Assembly (NCBI GenBank): GCA_022605425.2
Contig: JAKIMF020000011.1
Location: 248,001 to 312,000, forward strand
DNA length: 64,000 nt
Direction of reading: 5' to 3'
DNA from: Hamiltosporidium tvaerminnensis FI-OER-3-3
Taxonomy: Eukaryota > Fungi > Microsporidia
Below the pieces are notes generated by a model. It was given only the letters and a program-made list of their open reading frames with translations. It ran no database searches and had not been told where the DNA came from. Below, one piece after another: positions 35,815 through 49,463 of the stretch. The stretch's first letter is position 1. Each line of letters starts with the position of its first letter. The translations under genes and the position numbers were made by a program.

Positions 35815-36425
35815 TAAGATATGAGGAAAAATAAGATAACACACATTGAAGTAGGAATCACATCCCAATATTCTGTTCAAACAGTTAAAACGGAGAAACT
35901 CAGGAATTATGACTTAGTAGAAAATGATTTAGGTCTTATTTATAAATGGGGTGCAGAGATGATTCCTTATGTGATGACCTGGGACGGTATTGTGACAGAA
36001 TACAACAAAACATATGCTAAAAGGCTACAAATACCAATGAATGTAGAGGCATATATACAATCCATAGAACTCAAGAAGACAGTCGATACAATTTATTTTG
36101 ATCGAAAAAGAGAATCTTAGTCAAGTCAAATACAAGAAAAAGCTGAGAGAGAGCGCCATTAAGTAAGTGTTATACTAGGCTGTGATGCATAAACAACTAA
36201 CACTATTTTTAAAGCAAGTAGACAAACGAGGAAGATGGTGTTAAAACGGAAAATACAAAAAATATTACATCTCATATGTCAGAAAGAGGAACCACGTTAT
36301 AGAAACCTAAAATTAACATCAATTAAGTGCTGAATGTTAAAGAAGAAAGGATAATGGTTAAAGAAGTATAATGAAATTTATAATAGTTATAAAGAAGTTT
36401 TAACCTAGAATTCCTTTAAATAAAA
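35815..36425 (+). mobile_element. 5'-truncated RLE non-LTR fragment, unit 2
   Basis: ORF 35821-36120 is an RLE fragment (IEVGITSQ..EKLRNYDL..YVMTWDGIV), followed by the element 3' end. Confidence 0.85.
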
Positions 36426-36591
36426 AAAGAAATAAAAAATTAAAAAAATTACTTTTAAGTCATTTTCCTAATTTAGAAATTCTCAATTAAATTGAATTTT
36501 TGACTTTTTTGACTTTTTATAAATCAAAATTAATTAAAATCAATATTTTGACAGGAACACTGGGTTTATAAAGCAAGAAAATCAAACCCCC

Positions 36592-38151
36592 ATGCACCTC
36601 TTCACCATTTTTTTGATTCAAAACACTCTCTGTGATAGTATTTCGAATCCAATGTTTGATACGGATTTCAATACAGTTCATCATGATTCTTTTCTTTTAC
36701 TTTTTACACAAGATACATTTAATCCTTCTGTTTCGCCAGCTCTTGATCCTTTCCATATTAACATAACGAATAGACATCAAGATGTAATAGACGACATTTC
36801 TTTAATCATGCCTTACGCCAAAGTCTTTCTTGAAGCCCATTTAGAAATAATAAAATGTATATTCGAAGATTCACTGAAAGAAGCTATTAAAAAACAATTG
36901 AATGATTTTACGAAATGCCCAAGTGATTTTGATTTCAAAAATGAAAAACTCATATACAAATCGATACTTTTAAAGTTTATAAAAATCTTTTTAAAGAAGT
37001 ATATTCCGTGTTGCATCAACCAAAAAACTTTGGAACCAATTGAAATTAAAGTATTAAGAGATATTTTAATGGTGTCGACACTCCCTGAGGATTTTTTTGT
37101 CGAAAAAGTGCTCGATAAAATCAAATCTAAAGAAATAACTGAAAAGCTACTCAATACCGAAAAAGAAAAAATTGAAGTAATTCAAAGTAGTATTAAAAAC
37201 AAAGAATTTAAGAAAATTATATTTGAAAATTTGTTTTTAGCTTTTGCAGCTAGCTTGGTAGTTCTGAATCAAAATTTTACAGATTTATCGGTTTATAATG
37301 CAATAAAAAACGAAGAATATTTAAATTCGGAAATCAAAAATAATGAATTTTTGAAAATCATAAAAAAAATATATTCGAAGAATGCATGGCCACTTTCAGC
37401 ATCTTATAAAAGTCATAATTTGCAAACATCTGAAGAATTAAAAAAAATTCTTTTTAAAGGACTTTGTGGGTTAATTCTTGAGAACTACCAAAACAAAAAC
37501 TACAGAGATAAATTTAAGAAAAAAATCTTTACATTTATTTTTGATGATAATAAACTTCGTTTACCAGTAGTGATTCAAAATGTTTCAAATAATATTTTTC
37601 CAAATGACGACTGGTCGAGCGATGAACTTTTATTCTTTAAAGAATTACTCGAAAAATATTCAAATCACACTTTATACCTATCGTTTAGTTTGTCGATTGA
37701 AGACTGGCTCATAGTTTTTATCAGACAAATTTTTTCAAAATTTAAAAAAGAGAGGTTTTACAAAATAGTAAGTGAAGATTTTCCTGATGATGGAGCAGTA
37801 CGAAAAGAAATTCTTAAAGAAATATTTGGAGAAATCCCCGAAATCAGCCCTTTCTGTGATGATATAAAACTGTTTTTGGTGGAGGTAAAAGAGAATCTTA
37901 AATCCCAAACATATATTTCCTTTTATTTTGACAAAGTTGAAGATTCAATTTTCAACGATATAATAACCAAATTTTTTGAAGAAAAGAAAATATCCAAAAC
38001 AGAAATTCTTCATGGAGGAAATATGAGTGATATAGATTTAAAAATCAGAAATAATGTTATGATTTGTTTCGAATATTGTTTTAAATCTACTTTGACCAGC
38101 CATTTTGGAAATGATGAATTTATAAAGAAAAAAACAATTATTTTTGAATAA
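36592..38151 (+). CDS. Lineage-specific secreted protein family, paralogue 2 (519 aa)
   Basis: Intact ORF with signal peptide MHLFTIFLIQNTLCDS and CCCCC before the ATG. Colinear with 23720-25279. Confidence 0.88.
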   Translation: MHLFTIFLIQNTLCDSISNPMFDTDFNTVHHDSFLLLFTQDTFNPSVSPALDPFHINITNRHQDVIDDISLIMPYAKVFLEAHLEIIKCIFEDSLKEAIKKQLNDFTKCPSDFDFKNEKLIYKSILLKFIKIFLKKYIPCCINQKTLEPIEIKVLRDILMVSTLPEDFFVEKVLDKIKSKEITEKLLNTEKEKIEVIQSSIKNKEFKKIIFENLFLAFAASLVVLNQNFTDLSVYNAIKNEEYLNSEIKNNEFLKIIKKIYSKNAWPLSASYKSHNLQTSEELKKILFKGLCGLILENYQNKNYRDKFKKKIFTFIFDDNKLRLPVVIQNVSNNIFPNDDWSSDELLFFKELLEKYSNHTLYLSFSLSIEDWLIVFIRQIFSKFKKERFYKIVSEDFPDDGAVRKEILKEIFGEIPEISPFCDDIKLFLVEVKENLKSQTYISFYFDKVEDSIFNDIITKFFEEKKISKTEILHGGNMSDIDLKIRNNVMICFEYCFKSTLTSHFGNDEFIKKKTIIFE

Positions 38152-38969
38152 ATTTTTAAGTTTTATGCGTTTTTATGACCAATTTCTTTATAATTTGAAG
38201 TTTTACGTGAAATTTCCTCTTAAATAATAAGTTCTGTGTTGAACAAAATTTTGAAGTTATTTTTTTAAAAAACCTCTCAAGTATAAAAATTAATTTAATA
38301 AATTTCATATCCAATGGCTTACATTATTCCATTACTTACTAAAAAAAATAATCATAAAATGAGCTATGGAATTCCGACAGCAATTTGATAAAATTATAGT
38401 CGTACAAAAAAGTTTTTTTTAAATTCAAAATTGCAGGAAATCATATTTAGCGGACCGAACACATTTCAAAACATTTTGCGCAACATAAAGCAACTCTGAA
38501 GTGTCTGTATGTACTGGGCCGATACAAAGGAACGAGATATTTTCAATACAGTCATATACTTGAATATAACCAAGTGTTTTTTTAAAAATGAAATAAGATG
38601 TTGATGTTCGTTGTAACTAAATCGCGCTTTTAATTTATATATTGCCATTTTGGAAAGAGCTTTTAACAAACAAAAATAAAGAAGACATCTTTATTACGTT
38701 TTTGCTGTAATTTTGACCATTATTCATCTATTTAGTTGTTAGTTATGCAATTCAAATTAAACAATGAAGTTGTGCTCTAAAAAAAATATCATACAGAAGT
38801 ATGAAGTAGACTCAATTATAATTGAAAGAGTTTAATTGGTTTATTTTTACTTTATTTTGTTTTTTCCTTATATTTTATTTTGTATTTAGGATTAATTTTT
38901 GTTATTCTATTAAGTTATGGATAAAAAATCACCATAGATCTCTTACTTTAATTTTTATTAATTTCATTT

Positions 38970-41900
38970 TTCTAAAAATGAGTTAAATCAGAAAAAAAAG
39001 CAAATTTTTCTCTTTAAAATAATTTTTTCCACAATTTCAACCACTTCTATCTCTTCCTCCAACTCCAACTCTTCATTTGTATTAGTTTTTGGTTCCTTTT
39101 CTGTGGTTATGCCATGCAAAATAAGGGGTAAAATATGTTTTGTATTTTCCGATTTCAGATCCTCTTCCTCGTTGTCTATTATCTTTAAAGGGGGTGTTGG
39201 TTGTTTATGCATTTCAGCTCTAAAATAACAATTAATGATACACTCTTCCAGCTCTCTTCGGCATTTGGTCTAGACTCAAGTCATCTTCGTCGATCAAAAG
39301 AAATTGTTTCGACTGACTTCTTGAGTACTATGGTTTATATATGCCTCTACATTAAGTGGTATTTACAGTCTCTTAACATACGTCTTATGGTATTTTGTCA
39401 CAACACCGTTCCAGATTATCACATACGAATTTTTCTACAGTACATTAATAAATAAGACCTAACTCATTTGCTAATACCTCATACTTCCTAAGCTTCTCTG
39501 TTCAACTATTCTAAGAGAGTCTTGGGTAGTAATTCCTACATCAATGAGGGTTATCCTATTCTGTCTCTTGTCTAAAAGAAATATATCTGGTTTTTACACA
39601 GAATCTTGACATCAGTTTTTATTCTGGTGTCTACTTTTATCTCTGCATATTCGTTATCAAGAATTTCTTGAACTGAGTGGCTTCTAATTCGTTTCGAAGA
39701 CTTAAACTTATATTTATTCAGCAAAAGTAAATTTATACATCGTACCATTTCATTGTGTCGTCTTTGTAGTCATGACTAAACATTTTTTCACATCTCGTTG
39801 CTAGGTGATCTACTGTTTTCCTAGACTAGTTGCAGTGTTGACACATACCTTCTGCATCCCAGAATACATTTCTATCCTGGAAATAACAAAATCCTGCTTC
39901 ATTGCGTAATCCTACAATTCCTTTCTTTAACCATTTTGAGGAGTTATTTAAACTTACCTGTTTGTTATTTCTAGCACTATATAACCTTGAATGTGGTTTT
40001 CGGTTTTCTATTTCGTTATATAAGTTAGCTAGTTGAGGTTCTTCCAATTTCTTTTTTGTGACTTCCTTTTCCAACCCGTATTTTATTTTTAAGAAGTTTT
40101 TAATTAGTGAAGGGTAGGTATTATTATTATTCTCAACCTTTAGGATTACTGCTTTTCTGTCGATGTATCTTTGTGTTTTTCCAGACAATCCTAGAGTTGC
40201 AAAAGCATATTTTGCTGTTTACCTCGACCCTATGTAAACCTCTTCCAAGTTCATTGCTTGGAAGGCATAGACGTTCTTTACATCTTAGGCGTATATGTAT
40301 TTTTTTCTTTACTAAAACTACACGCACCGCATTATCTAACCCAGAGAAGTCAGCCGATTTTAGTCGGGGTACACCTTTATGATAGTTTAGTAAAGAAATG
40401 GCTTGTTGATAAATTGCTTCAAAGAAATTTATTGTAGTTAATCTCGGGCGACAAAGTCTTTGAACTTGTGCTATCAGTTTTATCTGTACACATTTAAACT
40501 TCTTAATTGTCTAAAAACTTCTGCTATCTTCTATAATTCAAAGGTGTTTATAAACACATAACCCTTCAAGAAGTGTAGCAGTAAATTCATCACATTGAAC
40601 ATTAGTGGCTGACATCTCTTTGTTAATTTCCAATCCTTTTTTAATAAACTTTGTAACCTCCTCTGTATCTACTTCCACTTTTTGTACATCTTCGGCAAAG
40701 AGCTTAAGATCATCAATAAAAAAGAGTTGATTATTCGCGTAAGATTCTGTATCTGTCTTTATTTTCACTCTTGTGTATTTTGAATTAAGCTTTCGCTCAA
40801 TAGATCTATCCACAACACAAACAACAATGGTGACAGACATCCCTATTGCAGAATCTCTCCTTCGATCTTCTTGCACATAATATTTTCAGGCCCAAATGAT
40901 ATATTAATTTTCTATTTTGATACAGATACTTAAAAGAAATTTCCGAATTCAATAGATAAATTGAGGTTTTTTATGAATTAAGTCAAATAAGCATGATCCA
41001 TTGACTCATGAGGTTTTTTGACATGTATACATGTTGCCTTAAGATTTTTTGCGTACTATTTATTCATTGAAACTTTTAAAAATACCTGGTATTTTGCTTC
41101 TTGCGCTTCTCTAAGCGCATCCACACTGATTATCCGTTAGTAATACTCGTCTTTTGCCTAAAGCTGTGAACTTTAGTAACACATTTTGACCTATGTTTAT
41201 ACAGGTTATCGGCCTGTGATCAGAATCAGTATTTAGTGTACTTTTAGGTATCAGATAGGTAAGTTTGCAATAATACCCGTCGACTTGAGGCGTTCCTTCG
41301 TAACATATGACTTTCACAATATCGTAAAGATATTTATGATGCTAAGTTTCTTGATCTAAAAGTTATAAATACCATCAATTCCGGCGGCTTTCAAGTTAGG
41401 CAGCCAATTCATGCTATATTTAACTCTTCACGTGAAGAAAAAGCGGTCTGTTGCGTATCTGACACGAAAGGTATAAAAAAATCATCTTATGTAACTACCT
41501 TATTCTCTTTGTCTATATTGTAAACCAAACTTCTATAATTTCAACAGATAAACCAAATGCTCGAATTCAACGCGCTCAGATAAGCCTAGATAGATTCGAC
41601 CTCGGAATGACTCAAAGACGATTCTCTTTCCGGAATTTCTTCCTGCTCTCTTTAATCGGATGTTTTTTCTCGTCAAATTCGAAGCCTCATTCTTTTTAAC
41701 CACAGACCTAGAGAAATCATTTATTCTGCTTAAGTCTAAATTAAACTCTCGCCTAATTTTTCAGGACTTTTCGTTTCCGAAGTTGAGCTTTTTCTGTTTA
41801 TGAGCCTTCTCAACGAGATCTTTATATAGTACTAACTTGCAAAGTTTACTTTCTATACATTCCATTTTAGCGGATCTAGGTTAAGCTTACTTGTTACCTC

Positions 41901-42713
41901 GCTATAGCATACCTGGGCCGCTTGGATGATTCGCTGCATCACTAACATTCGTAGGGACATGAAATTCAGCATATTCACCCGTGATCTAATTTATGAGGTC
42001 TAAAACTTTACTATCAATTAATTCACGTGGAAGTTTTCTAATTTGAGTCACTATATCTCCGATTTCTTTTTCCGAGAGTTCCTTGATTTTACACAAGAAC
42101 TTTTCTCTCAGGTTCATTTAGAGTGTGTGTCAGTTAAGGAACATGGATCAGTGAGAAACGTGACGATTCTACGTCGCTCTCTATTCTCTTCTTACCTTAT
42201 TTCTCTTTCTGCCTTATTTTGTTTAAATTTTTTTAACACATCAGTATCAACAGTTGACCAAATTCCTCACTATGGTACCTAAGAAAGCAGACCAGCTATT
42301 TCTAGGCATTCTCTCAAATATTTTTTGCACTGCTAAAATAGCAGATCTAGGCCTTTCCTGCTCTACGGCTGTAACAGAGTCAAGCATTGAATGCAATTAT
42401 ATCAGTCGATTTCCTTCTAGAATAGCAGGTGCATTGAGGTTTTCTATTGTGTTGGCTGGTCTACACGCAGACAAATCGAGACAGGAAGAAGGGGGTGTGG
42501 AATCGAGCAGGCTGGCTGGAATAACCCGGAACGCATTGCTCGATGGGGAGTGGATTTTGTTATGGATGGTTGGTTGTGGTTGATGCGTCTAGATATCTTC
42601 ATGTCATCTCTATCACACGTTTTTGTCACTTTTAAACTAATTTACGATTTGTTTACAGCCTTTATTTCTTCATTTTTTATATTTTATCTGCCAACTTTTT
42701 TTCTTCTACCCAT
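38970..42713 (-). mobile_element. Decayed full-length RLE non-LTR retrotransposon, unit 2 (mosaic relative to units 1 and 3)
   Basis: Start ATG at 42713. Fragments include LFFIDDLKLFA, CYFQDRNVFWDAEGMCQHC and the acidic tail at 38988-39212. Confidence 0.88.
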
Positions 42714-43970
42714 AAAGAACACAAAATACATTGAATTGATTTTTATAAAAAATAAATGCTCTGTCTTATTACGTAACCAAAGTATTTCTAAATTTTCTGC
42801 TCGTTTATGTAATTTTTTTTTATGAATTTTAGGAACCTAAGAGACAAGTCGAAACCAGATAAATAGCTTAAATTTATATTGATTGTAATGTTTTCGTGCT
42901 TAATTTTGCTTCAAACGCTACAAAAGACTCTATAAGTAATTAATAGTTAAAATAGTAGTTATTTGTATTATATTTAATAATACTAGGCACCTTAAATAAA
43001 AATTTAAAAGACCAATATGAAAGGCGAATAAAATAGATTTTTTTTAGTTCTAAACTTATAAATAAATAGAAAGAAGTTAATTACAAAAGAAACATGTGAA
43101 AACATGCTATTCTATGGTAAAATTTCTTTTTTTAAATATAAAAAATAATATAATACAGCAGAAGAAACCAAACACGTAATTCAAATGAGGTGATATAAGA
43201 AACATGAATAACAAAGACTTATAACAAATAAAACAATGATTATATTCAAAAAAATAGTGCAATTAAGAAAAAAAATTGCATTGATGGAAAAACATGAAAG
43301 TGATTCATTTCAAATCGATTGACTTTTTAACTTGGATTTTGCAAGGCTTGAAATGATAGGAAAAATATTATAGATTTTCGGCTGATATGAAATAGCTGTT
43401 AAGCTTCCTAGAATATATACATGAAGAGTAAAGCTAATATTGAGATTCGAGCTAACATATGCATCGCAAAATATGAATTTTATAAAAACGAAGTGATATA
43501 TTCACAAGAAAAAATGCTTTTCAAAGTATGTAAACGTTAATTAAATTTTTATATTTATAAAGCTTTTTACTGGAAAAAATATAGGTTAGAAAGAGAAATT
43601 AAGAAAAGCACTGGTAGCAAAATTATTTTACGAAATGAAAACTTTATCACTTTACCACTAGAAAATTCTTTAAAAATGAGTATGTGTTTGATATAGGTTC
43701 GAAACAACTAAATATTTGATATAATTCCTCTTAAGGAAATAATGGGTTGTTATCTGCTTAGAACTGTCTCTCCGGTAAAAGAATTACAACAACAATTTAC
43801 TTTAAGGAAATGTAGAGTATTTAGTAGCTTGATATTAGAAAATGCCTCGGAATTTCTTCATTAGCATAAACTGGTATATTTAAATGCCATTTTTTTACTT
43901 TTACTGAATAGAATTTGATTTCATTTTTCAAAACGAACCGAAAAAATTTTCTTAATAAAGAATCCTGAAT

Positions 43971-44204
43971 TCATTCATCCTTGGCACGATAGCCCTGTAA
44001 GCGCCTTGGCCTCCCTCAGCAATACTACCCACTGGTCTTTTTTAAATGGATTTATTTACTTTTTCGGGTTTCGTAACAAGTTAGTTTTAAAGGGTGGCTT
44101 GTTAGCCTTACGCTCAACCCTAACATGGAGGACCAGTCCTTTTTAGTCGCCTCTTACGACAAGCAGAAACAAACCAAACCAATTCTGCAATCGGCATGAT
44201 TGGC
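43971..44204 (-). mobile_element. RTE-derived SINE-like element, unit 2
   Basis: TSD taaagaatcctgaat (43956-43970) / taaagaatcctaaat (44205-44219). 3' end reads GAGGCCAAGGCGCTTACAGGGCTATCGTGCCAAGGATGAATGA. Confidence 0.8.
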
Positions 44205-44231
44205 TAAAGAATCCTAAATAGTATTGTTAAA

Positions 44232-45901
44232 TGTCGCGGCGCATAACCCCCCCCATATACTTTATGCCCCGTTATTTCTAATACCCCCTGCTTTATTTTC
44301 AATATATTTAACGCCTCTGTATTTACTATTCATTCAATTTTAACACACCCAAATTAAAATATGAGATATTTTGTTTCTAAATATAATAAGACACAAATGA
44401 ATATAAATGTTTTTATACTTTTATTTTATTTTTCGCTCCAAAATTTTTTATCGGAATCAGTTTTAAAAATAAAACCATTTCCTTCTATCTTAACATTTCT
44501 TATTTTAAAAATAACATATATTTAAAAAAAAAAGAAAAAAACAAAGTAAAATTTAATCCGCTTTATTAGACTTTCTAAACAGTTATTTTTTCAGCATTAA
44601 CGTTTTTTAATTCTATCATATTACCATTAAAACTTTTTGTCCCTGTAAAGACATAATCATTAAAAAAAGAATCAAACAAGACACGTTTAGTCTAGTATTC
44701 ATGTCAAAATGCTTTTTTTAACAAAACCTAATCTCCATTAGGAAGATTTCTTATTTTTTTTATTGTAATCTTTACTTTCTATGATTCTTTTTTATATTTT
44801 TCAAAATTTTTAATTACTTCTGTATTAGTTTGAAAATTCTTATCAATTTCAGAATCAGTGGTTGCTGAAGATGAAGCAAGATATCAAGACCCATTTACTT
44901 CATTATACATTTAAGACCCAATCTCTAAATTCCACTGTGTCTTTATATCCCGGATCATGTTTGCTTGCTGTTTTACATCAGAAATTATTTCGTCAACAAA
45001 TACTAAATCATCCTAGTTCCTCTGTCACTATATTACCAGAAAGAAGATTATAAATCCAGTTAACCATTAAAAGGTTGTAATGACGATTTATTTGAGGCAC
45101 TATGTATTGTTCTAATATAAGCCAATATAATATCAATATAAAAACAGATCCATATTTTTGTACCTGTAACATATAACTTCTTTTGCATACTATCTTTTAA
45201 TGTTTGATTCATCTTTTCGATTTTTCTTTTGCCTAAGGATTATGTGGTCTTCCATATATTATTTGAATGTTAAGATCAGTTAAGTATGTTTCAGCCATTC
45301 ATTTTGAAATTCTTCATCATTATCAGATTCAATCTCAACTGGAATACCAAAATTATAATAGAAATTTATATGAATCTTTTTCGGACTGTGAAGTCTTGTT
45401 GATCGTTTTAAAAATATAGAAATACGTTGTATAAGTGTCAATTACGTTTCGAGTCCAATAATCTCATCATTTTGATCAGCGTATCTTCTAAGAGCTATAC
45501 AATTCATCATGAATAAATTATATCATTTTTGTAATTTATTCATTGGTAAGAGTCATTTGCTCGGAAATTCGTTTCCTTATAACATGTTATTGCATTATAA
45601 AATATTTATTTAGTTGATAATATTAAGCAATAGAAGCTGTAAAACCTTGCATTGGGACTATTTGTATATGTATCGCCTTTTAATCGTTCAGATACAAAGA
45701 CTATAATCCGACCATATAAATATTGAAATTTTATTTGAGCAATAGAAGCTGGAGTAAATACGAAATAACCCTGAAATTATAGGATAAAAATAAAATACAA
45801 ATAACATATATCTATTATAAATAAGGGTGTTATTAATACATAAAATTGCATTGGAAATAACGGGCACAAAGGACATGGGGGGGGCACCAAAGACCGTGAC
45901 A
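44232..45901 (-). mobile_element. Ginger-like integrase transposon relic, unit 2
   Basis: TGTCGCGG... / ...CCGTGACA TIRs; homologous to 31359-33027. Confidence 0.78.
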
Positions 45902-46569
45902 TCTAATAAGACCACACTAGAAAACCCGATGTAAACATTTAAATGATAGACATTTTTCTTTTTGTCAAAAAAGCCAAAAATATCATATATTTTCACAAAA
46001 TAAATCAACTCACTCTTTAGAACTGAGTGAACTGAAAGAATAAAAATAAAAGGATTCGTTCAAAATTACAAAAATTAAATACTAAACATTGCCTTAATAT
46101 TTTACGTTAAGTTATAATTTTGGCTTATAATGTTTACAAAGCATTGTATATATATCTAGAAATAGCAAATACCTATTGATTAAGGGGATATATTTAGTAA
46201 AGAGTATGGCAATAATTTTTAATTTTTTTTGTAGACGAAAGAAGCTGTGTTTTAACAAATACAGATTAAAATTAAAGTCCAGTGAAAAATCTTATAAAGC
46301 TCTAAAATATGCAAATAATTTTTTGCTAGGTAGAAGTATGGCAATGCAGAGTGATTTATAACCACTATAAAAAAGTAGAGAATTTTTTTACGAATAGCAA
46401 GAATCATAAATCTTGCAATAGTAAACATACAAACCGAATAGATTTTGAAATTCAAATATATAGAAACACGGAAAAATTCAAATAAAGCAAACAAGAGCAG
46501 AAAAAAAAACAAATCATCTAATTAATTATATTTTTTTCTTCGTATTAAATTTTAAAAAATAACAGACTT

Positions 46570-47594
46570 GAATCTAGAGACACCATTATGATACTAATTT
46601 GGCATTTAAAACAAAAATTTAGAAAAATTACACCTAAATTTATATTTGTAACTTTACAATTCCAATTTACTAACATCTTCTACCACTCACCAATAAATTA
46701 AATTAAAAAATCAAAAATTTAAACTATGGAAGTTTTAAACAGCTTTATTAAGAGCTAAAAAATCTTGAAATTAGATCTAATAATTAATTTTCTCCCTTTT
46801 AACAGCAAATACTAAAGGTAACCAAATTTTCTTCAGTTCCTCATCGATTTAAGATAAACTTCATACATGGAAACCAATTCTTCTCAATCTTTTGGTAAGA
46901 GCACCAGAAGATTTGATAAAATCAATCGCACGAGTGATTTATTGTTTTCTTTTAAAATATTTTTTTCAAATCACTATAACCTTTCTAACAGTCTGTATAG
47001 ATTCTGCTACCGGGCTTCATAAGTTGTAATATTATGCAGGTAATTATTTCTTTAGTTATATCAGAGATAGTTATCGACGTTATTTTACGAGCTGATTTTC
47101 TTTCCCCTAACACTATTGTACTTTTGTATACCAAATTTAAATTCGTGAATTTGCTCAGATAATTTCATTGCCTCAAATATATTCCTGCGTTACAGTCAAA
47201 TTACTTTTGTTTTATCATTCATTTTTTTAACTAATGTCTTTAATCTTCTATTTATAATATCTCGACATAAATATTGTTCTCATTTGTGTGTTTGCAAGGA
47301 AACCAAAAGCTGTTTTTAGATGATTTTAAGATTTTTTTTATAGTTGTCGAGCAAAGTACCTTTAAAACCAGAAACTTTCTTTTTACATGTAGACCATGTA
47401 TAAATTAAAAATAATGATGATTATGAATAGAGAATTATTCAAGAAATACAAGTGCTGCATTTTTGGGCCAAAAAAAGTTAATATATGGCACTTAAGCCAA
47501 TCACTAATATATCGAAACTAAAACTCATGTAAAATTAAATTTTTTGAATTTTTGTTTTTAAAAAAAATTTAGTATCAAAAAACTACTTTCCACC
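46570..47594 (-). mobile_element. Merlin relic, copy 3
   Basis: Nearly identical to copy 2, with the same flanks. Confidence 0.75.
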
Positions 47595-48689
47595 AACAAG
47601 CTTTTAATTTCGAAGATTTTCTAGAGTCAAAAATGTTGAAAAAGCAATCAAAAAGCCAAATTAAATTTATATTCTTTTATATTGAATAATGAGGGTAAAC
47701 CAGAAAAAATACATTAAATGATCACAAAAAAACAAATGTCAATCAAGAATATTTTCGTTTTTTTAGCAAACAGTTTGAAAAAAAAAATGCAAACATGATT
47801 TATATGTGCGCAATACAAACTAGAGTATATGCAAAGGTTGTTTTATTGCACCAGATTGCACTAAATTCACGCTTTTGAAAAAAAATACAATGAATGAATA
47901 ATTTTTTGTTAAAATAGGTTGTCTGATTAGATTTATAACGTAAGAAAAAGTTATTACTTTATTTCTTTTTTGACATATACTTTAAGGATGGAATTATTTC
48001 CCCGTTTTGGAAATCGGCTTCGGAATATAGAATTAATTCTTCCGCCAAATCAAGAGTTTTTTTAAAATAAAAACCAGACAATTTTTTTAATTTGGATATT
48101 CTTAGATATAATTAATGCGCGTCTCATAAATTTATGTTGATTTGATTCTTTCAACCTGATAAATTCTGTTTTTAAATCGATTTTTATTATTAATATAGAA
48201 TTGAACATAAATAAACATCCGATATGCAATGAATGTGTGGAATTGGTTTGAGAATCACTGGTTAACATTTTGATGAGATATAAACCACATTAGATATATT
48301 GGCTAATCAATCATAATTTCGTATTAAAACAGATTTAAAGAAGTAAATTTCAACTAAAAGACAATCTCAAGAATACATTTCTTCATACGGAAATCTTACT
48401 ATGACTTATGCAACATAAATTTTATAGATTTAGCTCAGAAAAAGAGAGGAATCTATGAATTTCGTTTTGGTTTGACCCCTTAAAACAGGATTTTCGTAAA
48501 AGAGGAATTAAAAATGAAAATGCAAAGACATTGACCATCGACAAAACGCTTTAAATATGTTCATCATAAACACCTAGAAGTGGAAAAAATCGGGATTAAA
48601 TGAGCAATAAAGATTTGAGAAGATATATAATTGATAGTCTAAGAAATTTTCTGTTGCAAATAAATTATTTTAACTATTGAAATTGAAGC

Positions 48690-49295
48690 TAAGATATGAG
48701 GAAAAATAAGATAACACACATTGAAGTAGGAATCACATCCCAATATTCTGTTCAAACAGTTAAAACGGAGAAACTCAGGAATTATGACTTAGTAGAAAAT
48801 GATTTAGGTCTTATTTATAAATGGGGTGCAGAGATGATTCCTTATGTGATGACCTGGGACGGTATTGTGACAGAATACAACAAAACATATGCTAAAAGGC
48901 TACAAATACCAATGAATGTAGAGGCATATATACAATCCATAGTACTCAAGAAGACAGTCGAAACAATTTCTTTTGATCGACAAAGAGAATCTTAGTCAAG
49001 TCAAATACAATAAAAAGCTGAAAGAGAGTGCGATTAAGTGTTATACTAGGCTGTGATGCAAAAACAACCAAACGCTCCCTTTAAAGCAGGTAGACAACTA
49101 GGAAGATGGTGTTAAAACGGAAAATACAAAAAATATTACATCTCATATGTCAGAAGGAGGAACCAAGTTATAGAAACCTAAAATTAACATCAATTAAGTG
49201 TTAGATGTTACAGAAGAAAGGATAGTGGTTAAAGAAGTAGAATGAAATTTATAATAGTTATAAAGATGTTTTAACCTAGAATTCCTTTAAATAAA
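48690..49295 (+). mobile_element. 5'-truncated RLE non-LTR fragment, unit 3
   Basis: ORF 48696-48995 is an RLE fragment, followed by the element 3' end. Confidence 0.85.
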
Positions 49296-49463
49296 AAAAG
49301 AAAATAAAAATTAAAAAATTTGCTTTTAAGTCATTTTCCCAATTTAGAAATTCTCAATTAAATTGACTTTTTTGACTTTTTTGACTTTTTATAAATCAAA
49401 ATTAATTAAAATCAATATTTTGACAGGAACACTGGGTTTATAAAGCAAGAAAATTAAACCCCC

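Noticed and set aside
36813-37154. 113-aa antisense ORFs inside paralogues 2 and 3 (49685-50026), and overlapping ORFs inside the 466-aa and ~490-aa genes
   Set aside because: Shadow frames of real genes; absent from paralogue 1.
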